DNA of 63,118 nucleotides, counting the filler, from Octopus bimaculoides (Eukaryota), in the NCBI RefSeq assembly GCF_001194135.2. It is 6 parts of 5 records of this genome, joined end to end, with 100 filler letters (N's around TTAATTAATTAA, not from the genome) between each part and the next. Parts side by side here need not be neighbours in the genome. Positions count along the whole stretch, not along the records: positions 1 to 23,399 come from NC_068991.1; 5 more parts are not named here. One strand, 5' to 3'. Shown here piece by piece: positions 1 through 12,252 of this stretch; positions within the stretch are counted from its first letter, which is position 1; each line of letters begins with the position of its first letter. Made by a program: the position numbers and the translations under genes. A model generated the notes under the pieces. It searched no databases, had not been told where the DNA came from, and saw nothing but the letters and a program-made list of their open reading frames with translations.

Positions 1-947
1 TAAATAAGTAACAGTTATGCACTGGGGTCGATATAATTGACTTAATCCGTTTGTCTGTCCTTGTTTGTCCCCTCTGTGTGTAGCCCCTTGTGGGCAGTAA
101 AGAAATAAGAATCATGGATACCATTCTTCCTTCATCAGTTGTTTGCTGAAGGTCAAAGCAATTTTAGCACATTGTCAACATGATTGCTCACCTCAGGGTG
201 CCGGTAGCTTCTTTATGATAAATACTACAAGTGAATGGTACCATGAAGACATGATACTACAAAAGGATGTCAGACAAAACGGGATGAAAACAAGAACACG
301 GAAATATGCAGAAGGAAATTGGGTACAACAAATGTTTAAGTGTGTCAGCCTAACGGAAAATTAGTTTGTAGAGCTGAAAGAAAGAAATGGAAATAATGGT
401 GAAGTGACGAAAAGTATTAAATAATTAATGTGTGTGTATGCGTATTTGTGTGTGTATAAGTGAGCGTAAGCTTCCGTGCTTACATTCATGCATGCACGCA
501 CTGGCACACACGCACACACACACAAACACGTGCATATACATGGCAGTAGTCCTACCCATGCCAGCATGGAAGGCGGACATTAAATGATGAGGATGACCAC
601 ACACACGCACACACACACACACGTGCATATGCACACAGAGACACAAACACATGCATACACACACACATGCACACACACACGTGCATACACACAGAAACAC
701 ACGCATACACACACATGCACACACACACACACAAACACATACATACACACACATGCACACACATGCACACCCATGCATACACACACACAAACATGTGCAC
801 ACACACACACACGTGCATACACACAGAAACACACGCATACACACACAACATTCTGTGCATTCAAAAGCAATAAACGATAAAAATGTAATCATCAGATAGT
901 GAAGTGGATCGACTATAATAAAATGTCAACTGGGAGAAGAAACAAAC

Positions 948-1082
948 CTTTTCTTCATTCTCTTTCACCACTTTATCATGTTCATCTTTGCCACTTTTCT
1001 CTGCCTTTTTCTCATTCTTTTGGTTGGCACTTTTCAACTTGGTTTCTTCACCCTTCATCTTTGTCTTCATATTTGACTGAGC
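948..1082 (-). CDS. PLC21: PLC-beta exon (distal CTD coiled coil); gene continues beyond position 1
   Basis: caacag|GCT CAG...GAA AAG|gtttgt; 135 nt, phase 0-0; AQSNMKTKMKGEETKLKSANQKNEKKAEKSGKDEHDKVVKENEEK. No stop codon reached in the window. Confidence 0.85.
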
Positions 1083-1930
1083 CTGTTGCATTTTGCAGGA
1101 GGTAAAAACACAAGAGTAATGTCATTATAATATATTTCTTTTAAGAGAACAAATACATCATGGTAGAATCATCAGGCTCATCACAACACACATGCATTGC
1201 TGTATTCACTTTTACTTTTTTTTATGATTATTATTATTATTGAGTGAGAGAGCAGTGCATGCCATCAAAGTGACACTGGGGTAAAATATACGAGGCCCAT
1301 TATACCCATCATGACTACCCGTCTGATAAGGGTACACCAGGCACATGCATCACAACCATATGTGCGCGACATGGTGATNNNNNNNNNNNNNNNNNNNNNN
1401 NNNNNNNNNNNNNNNNNNNNNNNNNNNNNNNNNNNNNNNNNNNNNNNNNNNNNNNNNNNNNNNNNNNNNNNNNNNNNNNNNNNNNNNNNNNNNNNNNNNN
1501 NNNNNNNNNNNNNNNNNNNNNNNNNNNNNNNNNNNNNNNNNNNNNNNNNNNNNNNNNNNNNNNNNNNNNNNNNNNNNNNNNNNNNNNNNNNNNNNNNNNN
1601 NNNNNNNNNNNNNNNNNNNNNNNNNNNNNNNNNNNNNNNNNNNNNNNNNNNNNNNNNNNNNNNNNNNNNNNNNNNNNNNNNNNNNNNNNNNNNNNNNNNN
1701 NNNNNNNNNNNNNNNNNNNNNNNNNNNNNNNNNNNNNNNNNNNNNNNNNNNNNNNNNNNNNNNNNNNNNNNNNNNNNNNNNNNNNNNNNNNNNNNNNNNN
1801 NNNNNNNNNNNNNNNNNNNNNNNNNNNNNNNNNNNNNNNNNNNNNNNNNNNNNNNNNNNNNNNNNNNNNATATTTGCTGTAGCCCATCTTTTATTATTAT
1901 TATTATTATCATCATAATTATTATTATTAT

Positions 1931-2155
1931 TGAGTGAGAGAGCAGGGTATGCCATCAAAGTGACACTAGGGTAAAATATATGAAGCCCAATATACCCATC
2001 ATGACTACCCGTCTGATAAGGGTACACCAGGCACATGCATCACAACCATATGTGCGCGACATGGTGATTTCATATCACAATAGACAGCACAAGACCTTGC
2101 AAGTGGGGCCCAGTCAGAATTTTCTTCGGGTTAAGCATTCGAATGTTGGTGAATG
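1931..2155 (-). mobile_element. SINE-like repeat with an (AAT)n tail; a second, about 95% identical copy at 1241-1378
   Basis: Two near-identical segments, each beginning at an (ATT)n run, on either side of gap 1379-1869; flanks differ. Confidence 0.65.
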
Positions 2156-2272
2156 GAAGGAGTAACTGTAGTGTGTCGATGAGTGAAGTCTGAGCTGGTA
2201 GTGTGCTAATGAGGGAAGATTTGCGAACATATTTGTATGGCCATATTTTGGGATGTCATCTAAAATACCAAC

Positions 2273-2388
2273 CTTTTCGTTTTTCTTCTTTAAAGAATCA
2301 ACTTCTTTGTCTCTCTTGCTGGAGATCTTTGTGTATGCCTTGTTCTGTTTCACACTGTCCATGGTTAGTGGTTTCACAATAGAATCAT
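2273..2388 (-). CDS. PLC21: PLC-beta exon (start of distal coiled-coil CTD)
   Basis: cattag|AT GAT TCT...GAA AAG|gttggt; 116 nt; (D)DSIVKPLTMDSVKQNKAYTKISSKRDKEVDSLKKKNEK. Basic helical pattern like the first distal-CTD helix of PLC-beta. Confidence 0.88.
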
Positions 2389-2654
2389 CTAATGGGAAAA
2401 TAAAACAGAGATTAACATTTATATGTGTATTTAAATGTATATACATACATATATATACATATATATTATGTGTGTGTGTGTGTACTTTATTTCAGCTGCA
2501 AAATTATCATGGAACTGGTACTAAGAGTTTCATGTTCCTGTTCGTCAAACAATTGTAATAAATAAATAAGAGTATATTACTCTACCTTTGGTATTCAAGT
2601 ACTATTTTTTCACCTTGTTTTGCACTTACCTGTGTGTGTATATCTATCTATCTA

Positions 2655-2693
<39 letters not shown>

Positions 2694-4014
2694 NNNNNNN
2701 NNNNNNNNNNNNNNNNNNNNNNNNNNNNNNNNNNNNNNNNNNNNNNNNNNNNNNNNNNNNNNNNNNNNNNNNNNNNNNNNNNNNNNNNNNNNNNNNNNNN
2801 NNNNNNNNNNNNNNNNNNNNNNNNNNNNNNNNNNNNNNNNNNNNNNNNNNNNNNNNNNNNNNNNNNNNNNNNNNNNNNNNNNNNNNNNNNNNNNNNNNNN
2901 NNNNNNNNNNNNNNNNNNNNNNNNNNNNNNNNNNNNNNNNNNNNNNNNNNNNNNNNNNNNNNNNNNNNNNNNNNNNNNNNNNNNNNNNNNNNNNNNNNNN
3001 NNNNNNNNNNNNNNNNNNNNNNNNNNNNNNNNNNNNNNNNNNNNNNNNNNNNNNNNNNNNNNNTCTTATTAGTTTCAGCTCAAAGTTGTGGCCATGCTGG
3101 GGCACCACCGTTTTGCTACACCGTTATTATTGAGAGCTTCCTCTGATATGTGGCATTTGGTGAATAAGTGAGTTTGATGTCGCTACCTTCATTTGCACCT
3201 CCTGCTGGTTACTGAAGAGAATTTGCCTAGTAAATTATTTTATTTACTAAAAAAATCCGAAACCTATAGGTCTAACTGTTAAAAATAAGGTAAAATTTTT
3301 TATTTTCTCTTCCCTTTGAAATGTTTTACTTTGTGGTCTTCGGTCGTTTTGGACTGCCTTCTAGCGTGTAGAAGTTACCTGTTATGGGTAATTTCTCTTA
3401 TACTTTATATAGAATATGTATGTATATATGTAGGTAGGTTGGTAGTTAGTTAGGTATTTGTTTGTGTTTGTACTATATGATATGATTTTATTCTTTTCTA
3501 TCTTCAATCTGCCTCAGTCTACTTCAAGTTGTTTGATACAAAATCTTTCGTTTTTAACATGTTTGTACTTAAATTAAAACTTCCCATCATAATTTTATGT
3601 AAGAACATGTTTTGTACATTCTCTTCCAATCACCAACTCAATGACAATGAAAACGTTAATTTACAAAACACCTCCTAATTCTTAATTATTTTCAAAATTA
3701 ATAGACAGAAATCTAATCATAAAAGGGTTAATGAAAATAGAATTATTTTCTGAAAAAGAAAAAATAATTATATGCTTTAAATTTTCTAAATTAAGTAATG
3801 TGTGTTTAATGACATAACCAATAATATCAAATATTAACTGAATGCCGCTAATTTTAAATTTCAAATTTTAATTACACCATTCAAAAGAATAGAAACACTC
3901 TCTTTCTATTCATGAGTAGTTTCAATAAGTGATGAAATATATGGAAGTAATTAATGTTTAATTATCAGTACACTCTTAACATTATATTAAATGACAATGT
4001 TGTAGATGTATGTA

Positions 4015-4047
<33 letters not shown>

Positions 4048-4474
4048 ATGTATGTATGTATGTGCATGTATGTATGTTTTTTCTTTGAGTTTTATATAAG
4101 TTCTTGAGAGAGTTCAAGAAAGCAACAAGACTTTTTGAGTTAAGAGAGTTCCCAGCATTTGTAAATATGAAGTCGAGTTGGTATGTTGGCTGAGCTGTCA
4201 ATGCACACGCCCAAGTGTGTGCTTCTATTCATACAGTTTTTTGGAATGTCTTACAGATTTTTACTGTGCCACTAATAGATTGGATTTAAGGAATCCACAT
4301 CAGTTTCATTTTGCTCTTCCTTCAAAAAACTAAGTAATTCTAGGTTTTTGACTAAATTTGTTGGTTTTCAAGTAAATTTATTTTCGAGTAAATTTATTGG
4401 TATAGCCAAAAACACCTATGGTTATAAGGTACAAATGAGAATTTATAGTCAGGGTACAAGTGCTTAATTTTTAC

Positions 4475-4543
4475 CTTTCATTTTGGAATTGGTAATAAAT
4501 TCAGATTCTGCAGCAGGCGGAGGCGGACTGGCAGGTGTAGAAG
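4475..4543 (-). CDS. PLC21: PLC-beta exon (Pro-rich CTD linker)
   Basis: ttgcag|CT TCT ACA...AAA G|gtaaaa; 69 nt, phase 1-1; (A)STPASPPPPAAESEFITNSKMK. GC-rich island in an AT-rich intron. Confidence 0.75.
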
Positions 4544-5420
4544 CTGCAACAACAACAACAATGACAATGATTGAACAACCAAAACGGTTTTAGTCAGGTA
4601 TGTAATGCCATAACAATGCACAGCAACAACATCAACAATTCAACAAATTAACATAAAATATTCTGATGCCATCATCTTCATCACAAGCACTGATGACACA
4701 CTTGTCAGTGATGGTCAGGCCTGTCTAATGAGTAGACAGCCACCATGTATGTATGTATGTATGTATGTATGTATGTATTTGCATGACTTTAACACTTAAG
4801 CATTTAAACTGGTAATATCCAGCCTAAGTGGTTAGGGCAGCGGACTCGCGGTCATAGGATCGCGGTTTCGATTCCCAGACCGGGCGTTGTGAGTGTTTAT
4901 TGAGTGAAAACACNNNNNNNNNNNNNNNNNNNNNNNNNNNNNNNNNNNNNNNNNNNNNNNNNNNNNNNNNNNNNNNNNNNNNNNNNNNNNNNNNNNNNNN
5001 NNNNNNNNNNNNNNNNNNNNNNNNNNNNNNNNNNNNNNNNNNNNNNNNNNNNNNNNNNNNNNNNNNNNNNNNNNNNNNNNNNNNNNNNNNNNNNNNNNNN
5101 NNNNNNNNNNNNNNNNNNNNNNNNNNNNNNNNNNNNNNNNNNNNNNNNNNNNNNNNNNNNNNNNNNNNNNNNNNNNNNNNNNNNNNNNNNNNNNNNNNNN
5201 NNNNNNNNNNNNNNNNNNNNNNNNNNNNNNNNNNNNNNNNNNNNNNNNNNNNNNNNNNNNNNNNNNNNNNNNNNNNNNNNNNNNNNNNNNNNNNNNNNNN
5301 NNNNNNNNNNNNNNNNNNNNNNNNNNNNNNNNNNNNNNNNNNNNNNNNNNNNNNNNNNNNNNNNNNNNNNNNNNNNNNNNNNNNNNNNNNNNNNNNNNNN
5401 NNNNNNNNNNNNNNNNNNNN

Positions 5421-5770
5421 CATGATGGCATCTGTGCCCAGCGTCACCTTCCTGGCACATGTAAAGACATTTGAGCGAGATCGTTGCCAGTACCGCTGGA
5501 CTGGCTCCTGTGCAGGTGGCATGTAAAATACACCATTTTGAGCATGGCCGTTGCCAGTACCGCCTGACTGGCCTTCATGCGGTGGCACGTAAAAGCACCC
5601 ACTACACTTTTGGAGTGGTTGGCGTTAGGAAGGGCATCCAGCTGTAGAAACTCTGCCAGATCAGATTGGAGCCTGGTGCAGCCTTCTGGCTTGCCAGTCC
5701 TCAGTCAAATCATCCAACCCATGCTAGCATGGAAAGCGGACATTAAACGATGATGATGATGATGATGATA
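5421..5770 (+). mobile_element. Repeat 3' end terminating in (GAT)n, retroposon-like; copies at 10660-10925+, 51280-51442-, 540-600+
   Basis: Shared GGAAGGGCATCCAGCTGTAGAAAC...CCAACCCATGCYAGCATGGAAARCRGAC.TTAAAC followed by a GAT tail. Confidence 0.75.
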
Positions 5771-5951
5771 TTTTATTTATCATTATTTTTAGACATAAGG
5801 ACAGTTGTGATAGGCACATGTTTCTGCTTCAATAGTCATTGATGCTACAACTATAAAAAGTCAAAGAAAAAAACTAGTGAAAGACCAAAACAAAATATGC
5901 CATTTCTTCAAGCATAAAATCAAAACTGGATGGAAAACAAAAGTTACTCAC

Positions 5952-6126
5952 CTGGTTTTGGTCCGCCAGCTGGTTTTGGTCCACCAGCTGGTTTCGGTCC
6001 ACCAGCAGCTTTAGGTCCACCTGGTTTACCAACTGCCTTCACAGCTATGTTACTAGCACTGACCTTTTTGCCGATAGCTCCCCAGGCCTTTTTACCTGAC
6101 TTAGGGCTCGGTGCAGTTGCTGCATC
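5952..6126 (-). CDS. PLC21: PLC-beta exon (CTD linker with AGGPKP tandem repeat)
   Basis: gtctag|GAT GCA...CCA G|gtgagt; 175 nt, open frame, phase 0-1 fits both neighbours; DAATAPSPKSGKKAWGAIGKKVSASNIAVKAVGKPGGPKAAGGPKPAGGPKPAGGPKP. Confidence 0.85.
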
Positions 6127-6305
6127 CTAGACAAATCCAAACAGACAAAATTACTAACCAAAAACCCCAAAGAACTTGAATAATTTTTTTCTCTTTTTTT
6201 ATTCTTTCTATTTTTCATTTACATCACTTAATCAGAGATGAAAGGGTGGCATTTCTGTCTCATTCAGAGCCTCTGGTACCTTATTATTAATTCATATATA
6301 TTCAT

Positions 6306-6590
6306 AGGCGCCGGAGTGGCTGTGTGGTAAGTAGCTCGCTTACCAACCACATGGTTCCGGGTTCAGTCTCACTGCGTGGCACCTTGGGCAAGTGTCTTCT
6401 ACTATAGCCTCGGGTCGACCAAAGCCTTGTGAGTGGATTTGGTAGATGGAAACTGAAAGAAGCCCGTCGTATATATGTATATATATATATATGTATGTGT
6501 GTGTATATGTTTGTGTCTGTGTTTGTCCTCCCACCATTGCTTGACAACTGATGCTGGTGTGTTTACGTCCCTGTAACTTTGCTCTAGATA
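6306..6590 (+). mobile_element. tRNA-derived octopus SINE, family A (GGCGC.GGAGTGGCTGTGTGGTAAGTAGC head). Other copies: 8025-8190+, 8215-8570+, 10524-10650+, 26420-26795-, 30893-30971+, 44830-45320-, 49610-49760-, 51673-52050+, 53240-53655-, 60330-60470-
   Basis: Pol III A/B-box-like head (TGGCTGTGTGG / GGTTCAGTCCC), shared ACCTTGGGCAAGTGTCTTCTACTATAGCC core and internal TA/TG microsatellite; more than 10 mutually similar copies in the window. Confidence 0.85.
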
Positions 6591-7750
6591 TATGTATTGG
6601 TATGTATAGCAAGAAACAGCTAGGTTTCTTTCTCTAACGTTTTACATAGTTCAACCTACATAAGTTAATGGGTGAAAACAAAATAGGAATTTTGAAAGAA
6701 GTTTCAATAAAAGTTCTTAAGCATCGAATGGCTATGGGAGTCCACCAGACTAAAATAGTAATCAAAGGAGTCCATAGGTAAAAAATGGTTGAGTACTCCT
6801 GATCTAAAGGTTTCCTTTTAAGCTTATAGATTAGTGCTAAATGTGACAGGTTCTAAATATATTACATGATTTATCGTTAAACAATTCATAACCCTAGCAA
6901 AAAATTATTTCTTCTTTTGCAAATAGAAGCAATATTCTATACTCACCAAAGCAGCATCTGGGTCCTAAAAAGAAACGAAAGAGAAAGAGATGAAATCAAA
7001 AAGAAATTGATGAAGACACATTCATTGTTCATTAGCAAAAAAAAAAAAATATTCAGAATTTTTATAATTATGCTTTTCACACTGGTTAACAAGAATTTTG
7101 TCACAGATGTATTGCATATTCCTGACTGTTCTGAACCGACTTTCCTGTCAGAATATCTGAATAATTTAGTTCGTGATTTGGATTTATTTAAGAAGTAGGC
7201 AGAACTTTTATGGAAGACCAGCAGTAACCCATGCATACCAGCCTCCCTTCTCCGTGCCACCAATGTTATCCAAGTGAAAGGGAAAGGCCGATACAGCTTG
7301 ACACTAGTGATGTCACAACTTATTTCTACATATTAGTGAACTGGAGCAACATGAAATAAAGGGTCTTGCTCAAGAACACAACACACAGCCCAGTCCAGGA
7401 ATCAAACTCTCTACTTCATGATTGTGAGCCCAACACTCTAACCACTGAGCCATGTGCCTTTGAATGGTAGACTTGGAACTGGTACAGACCAGGGGAAATC
7501 TGACTGTCTAATTATATTATTTATCATTGGCATAGTGACCCTCCCAAGACGTCGCAAAATATAAAATAGTGACTTTCTTGAGTGTTTAGCAAGTTTTAAC
7601 AACATGTCGCTAAAGGTTCATTTCTTGGATTCTCACTTTAAGTATCTTTTTTTTTTCTGGATAAACCAAGACACATTTTGTATCAAACACGGCAAGTATT
7701 TTCTTTAGAATGATTCAACCAACGAAAATAAAACAAATAATTAAACTTAC

Positions 7751-7833
7751 ATCTTCAAAAGCGCACAAAGCGGCAGCTCTTGCTTCGTTTGCAGATTGGT
7801 AAGCAATAGGATTCAACAAAGCATTGGCAAAAT
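7751..7833 (-). CDS. PLC21: PLC-beta exon (proximal CTD: Galpha-q-binding helix-turn-helix and Ha2' autoinhibitory helix)
   Basis: gctag|AT TTT GCC...GAA GAT|gtaagt; 83 nt; (D)FANALLNPIAYQSANEARAAALCAFED. ALxNPI is the PLC-beta proximal CTD motif. Confidence 0.95.
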
Positions 7834-8594
7834 CTAGCAAAATACAGAAAATAATAGATGAGTTAGAATGGCAGAATTGTTAGAATAATTAGAGTGTCTT
7901 TTATATCTGGATACTGTGAAGTAAATGAACCAACAAGGGAATATCTATGACAGGGATCAGGAACTTCTTCTTTATGTAAAGATATTCTTTGACATTTGTC
8001 CATGGCGCTCATGTATATATTTATATTATGGCTACATGGTAAGAAGTTTGTTTCTCAACTACATGGTTCTGGTTTCAGTCCCAGTGTGTGGTACCTTGGG
8101 CAAGCGTCTTCTACTATAGCCTCAAGCCAACCAAAGCCTTGTGAGTGGATTTGGTAGACAAAAACTGAAAGAAACCTGATGTATGTGTGTGTGTGTGTGT
8201 GTAAGTACAAGTATTGCTGTGTGGTCAAGAAGCTCGCATTCTTTGTAAGCACATGGCTTCAGGTTCAGTCCCACAGCATAGCACCTTGGACAAATGTCTT
8301 CTGACCAATATCTTGTGAGTAAATTTGGTAGAGGGAAACTATATGGAAACCCATTGTATGTGTGTCTTTGTGCTTGTGTTTGTCCCCACCACCACTCAAC
8401 AATAGGTATCGGTTTGTTTATGTCCCCATAACTTAGCAGTTATGCAAGAAAGAAACTAATAGAATAAGCACCAAGCTTTACAAATAAGTACTGGGGTCGA
8501 TTTGTTTAACTAAACCCTTCAAGGTAGAGTCCCAGCATGGCCACAGTCCAGTAACAGAAACAAGTAAAAGATAAAAAGACATAACGTGTTTTAC

Positions 8595-8699
8595 CTGCGA
8601 ATGCATCAGATACGTAATCTTTGGCTACAATGTGCGCAAACACAGAGGCCAAACCCAAAGGACGGTTGCTCTCATTTCTCAGAGGTATGTGACGGTAAC
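8595..8699 (-). CDS. PLC21: PLC-beta exon (C2 end)
   Basis: cctag|GT TAC CGT...GCA G|gtaaaa; 105 nt; (G)[34 protein letters not shown]. Confidence 0.97.
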
Positions 8700-9054
8700 C
8701 TAGGAAACAAAAATTAAATATACTTCAAATTATTACATAAGTGTTGTCAATAGAAATGGACCAAAATTGATTTAGATGCGTGATGAATTGACTGGGAAGC
8801 TTGGAAATGCATGGAATTGACTGAAATATGAGTGAAATTGATCAAAAAGTATGAAAAATAATGAGGAAACTAAGTGAGATTTGCATGGAATTCACTTAAT
8901 AATATGTAAATGTTTAGGAAATGACAAATATTTTTGTAGAATTTGACAGAGATATAAATAAAATTGACTGAAAAGTATGGAAACCTTCAGAATATTGGGC
9001 CTCCATTAGACAAAGTCTGTCATACATCCACACATGTATGTGCAAGTTTTACTT

Positions 9055-9270
9055 AAGCCCTTTGTTCCCAATGGAGCATAAGCCAACAATGATTTTTATT
9101 TGATGCCCTTCATTTTGAGCTGTCTCTTCTCCATTTGGATCTCGGCTTTTTCAGCTCTACCTCTGTATCCCACCTCCAACTATTTGTAAGGTGTCCTCTC
9201 TTCTGCCTCACTTGTAAGTTCAAGGTTCAGCACCTGATGTGTCCCTGGGGTAAGCCTTTCCCTCCAAGGT
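9055..9270 (-). mobile_element. Possible degenerate RTE-like LINE 3' end in a PLC intron
   Basis: Minus-strand remnant resembling the G-R-P-x-x-T-W-x-x-x-V-E-A-E-L C terminus of RTE elements; heavily decayed. Confidence 0.35.
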
Positions 9271-10339
9271 CTTGTTGAGTTTTGAATTGCCATCAACGCT
9301 TCTGTAACTATATCTTTTTGTTTTTATTAGGTACAGGTATTGACCTTGTGCAGGCCCAATTTTAGCTCAAGGAAGATGTGATCTACATTAGTCTGGTCTC
9401 TATCCTTTAACCTGTCTAGCATGGGAAGGTTCATCAGGAGCTTACACTCTACTGGAATAGCTCTCAGAGTTAGGGTCATTGAGGTACACAAGCCACCACA
9501 ATGCAACAAGGACTGAACTTTGTTGTGGATGTGCAAGTTTGGGTAAGGTATTTTGAGGAAGACTGATGGTTGCCCCTGCATGCAAGTCTTCCCTCTCAAT
9601 CCCACTGATGTTTATCCAAGGAAAAGGCCACCAATAAGGGACAATATATCTTGGCCCTAGTGTCAAAGTAGACATTGCTGTCAGAATACAAATGGCCAGG
9701 ATAGAAACTGCAAGGTAATCTTGCTCAACTCTCCAACAGATCCACCAATTCACTGCTCTGGATTGGTACAATTTTATCAAAACCAAAAAAAGACGACAGG
9801 CAAAGTTGACTTTGGCAGAATTTCAGTCTCGAGTGCAAACAGTTGGAACAAATATCGTAAACCAATCAACAAAATGCTCTAATTTCTCTACAAATTTGTT
9901 GCTGCAAATCTTTAGAAGTTGACTGATACACACACACACACATTTGGATTTTGGATGAAAATTTATATGGAAAATGTGTAGAGAATGTATGGAAAGTTAT
10001 ACGTAAACCATATAGGAATAACTGGACTAAATAGGAAATGTATTTGAAACAATATTAAAATGTTTGGAAGATGTTTGGAAAGACAAAAGAAAATTTATGG
10101 GTGAGAGAAGTACATCTATCCTTGTTTAGCATAGGACTTTGATTCCAAAAGAACACAGTGATAAATGAATCGTTTCCTCACAATTTGTAGATGGAAAAAA
10201 ATAGTAGATTCATTGACACCAAACTTGTGGCTCATGGCAGCAAAGCTTTCACTGTCCTTTTTATACATATTCTACACTTTTACTATTGGTGGGAGTCACA
10301 TATAAGACAATCTAGATTTGTCTTTAATTAACAACTTAC

Positions 10340-10439
10340 CTGGTTTGATACCGTCCAGAGGCATGAGACGATGTCCAATAAATTTACCACCTTCTTCATA
10401 CACAATAATTCTCACAACAGCCAAATCTGGCAACACAAC
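10340..10439 (-). CDS. PLC21: PLC-beta exon (C2 domain)
   Basis: cctcag|GTT GTG...CCA G|gtaagt; 100 nt; [33 protein letters not shown]. Confidence 0.97.
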
Positions 10440-10976
10440 CTGAGGAAAGAATACAAACAGAATTAATAAATGCTTGTGAGTTCATTCTGAACCAGACCAC
10501 ACTCACAAACACACACATAGACATAGGTGTGGCTGTGTGGTAAGAGTTTTGCTTCCCAACCACATAGTTTCAGTTTCAGCCCCACTGTGTGACACCTTCA
10601 GCAAGTGTCATCTACTATAGCCTTGGGCTGATCAAAGCCTTGTGAGTATATTTAGCAAGTCTGTGCCGGTAGCACATAAAAAGCACCATTCAAGTGTGGT
10701 CATTGCCAGTGCTGCCTGACTGGCTCTTGTGCCGGTGGCATGCAAAAAAAAAAACCGATTACACTCTCGGAATGGTCAGCATTAGGAAGGGCATCCAGCT
10801 GTAGAAACCTTGCCAGATCGCATTGGAGCCTGCTGCAGCCTCCTGGCCTTGCCAGTCCTCAGTCAAACCGTCCAACCCATGCCAGCATGGAAAACAGACG
10901 TTAAACAATGATGATGATGATGAAACTAAAAAGAAGCTTGTTGCATGCATACACACACACACACACACACACACAC

Positions 10977-11029
<53 letters not shown>

Positions 11030-11182
11030 GGAGTATTTTTGGTGAAGTATTGTGTAAGGGTGTTCATATTTAGAGGAGGGAATGAGAAAGTAAAGTGTAA
11101 AACGTAAACTTATATTCTGGATAGGAAGGTTATAGATTTTGAAGCAGTTCTTCGTTAGCAATACTAATAAACCATAACAAAC

Positions 11183-11347
11183 CTTTTTGAAGACAAAAGC
11201 TTCTTCGTTGTAGTAGGGATCCATACCATTGTTGACCACGGTTTTCGTTTTGAACTTCTTCCTGACTGTGTCAGTTGGTAATCCATACATTTCAACCTCG
11301 ACGTAGGAAGAGATCTTCTTGTCAGATAGGAACTGGGCTGAGATGAT
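11183..11347 (-). CDS. PLC21: PLC-beta exon (C2 domain)
   Basis: cacag|ATC ATC...AAA AAG|gtttgt; 165 nt; [55 protein letters not shown]. Confidence 0.97.
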
Positions 11348-11519
11348 CTGTGTATGGAAGATAAGAAGCGGTGACAAAAAATAGTAATGACAACATGACA
11401 ACAATCACACTGGTAATAACTGGCTTATCTATCTATCTATCTATCAGTCTGTCTGTCTATCTATATATCTATCTGTCTATCTACCAGTTTATCTATCTAT
11501 ATACCCGTACCAGATCAAC

Positions 11520-11820
11520 TAACTTATGCAGATCAGTGCTCAGGACTTTTGTAACACAGGCTCAAATCAAAACACTGTTTTTTAAATATATATATATATA
11601 TATATATAAGCTATCACAAATAGCTATGCAGACTTAAACACATTGGAGCTCAGTGTCAGTGTAACACAGGATCAAATCAAGACACTCTGATATATATAAA
11701 TATATATACACATATATATATATATAGTCCCCCCATAAAAAAATATGCAGACTTAAACACATTGGATCTGAAGATCAATGTAATACAAAATCAAATTGGG
11801 AGACTGTGATTTATATAATC
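11520..11820. repeat. Degenerate tandem repeat of about 110-130 bp with an internal (TA)n (3 units)
   Basis: Recurring TATGCAGAC...GTAACACAGG.TCAAATCAA.ACACT motif. Confidence 0.6.
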
Positions 11821-12097
11821 TGCCACAAATAAATCTACAAACTTAACCAATATAACACACTACAAAAACTCAGGTTACTGTGGACCATTTAATTCACTAC
11901 ATGTAGATCTAGTGATTCACAGATCAAGGTTGATGTAAAACAGCACAAAATTATATGACAGTGGTCTATTTAATTTACAGCAAGTAAATCTGTTGACTCA
12001 GTCATTCCAGGACTCAAAACAGATGTAACATCAGATCAAATCAGATAATAATGATTAAATTACAAATTTGTTAACTTCTCTATGGTTAATTTCTTAC

Positions 12098-12252
12098 CTT
12101 GATTTCAACTGTTCCGGCAACTACACCATCGACAGTAGATTCTGTGAAGGGATCAAATCTCTTGTCCAGTTTTCTCATAAACTCTGGTTTTACTATATAA
12201 CCAGAGCATCCGTTGTATTCAAATACACCCAAATTGACGCACATGGCCAAAT
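12098..12252 (-). CDS. PLC21: PLC-beta exon (Y-box end / C2 start)
   Basis: ttctag|AT TTG GCC...ATC AAG|gtaaga; 155 nt; (D)[51 protein letters not shown]. Confidence 0.97.

Noticed and set aside
191-256. Minus-strand GAG|gtgagc donor with an upstream open frame (YHVFMVPF...)
   Set aside because: The peptide does not resemble the PLC coiled-coil CTD and its phase-2 end cannot be verified.
361-899. Overlapping ORFs rich in HT/CV/YI (also 40828-41238, 53042-53975, 58033-58748, 60514-61852)
   Set aside because: Translations of (CA)n, (TA)n and (TACA)n microsatellites or N runs; not genes.
1241-2067. Apparent tandem duplication or haplotype artefact across gap 1379-1869
   Set aside because: About 5% divergence and different flanks indicate two independent copies of a repeat family.
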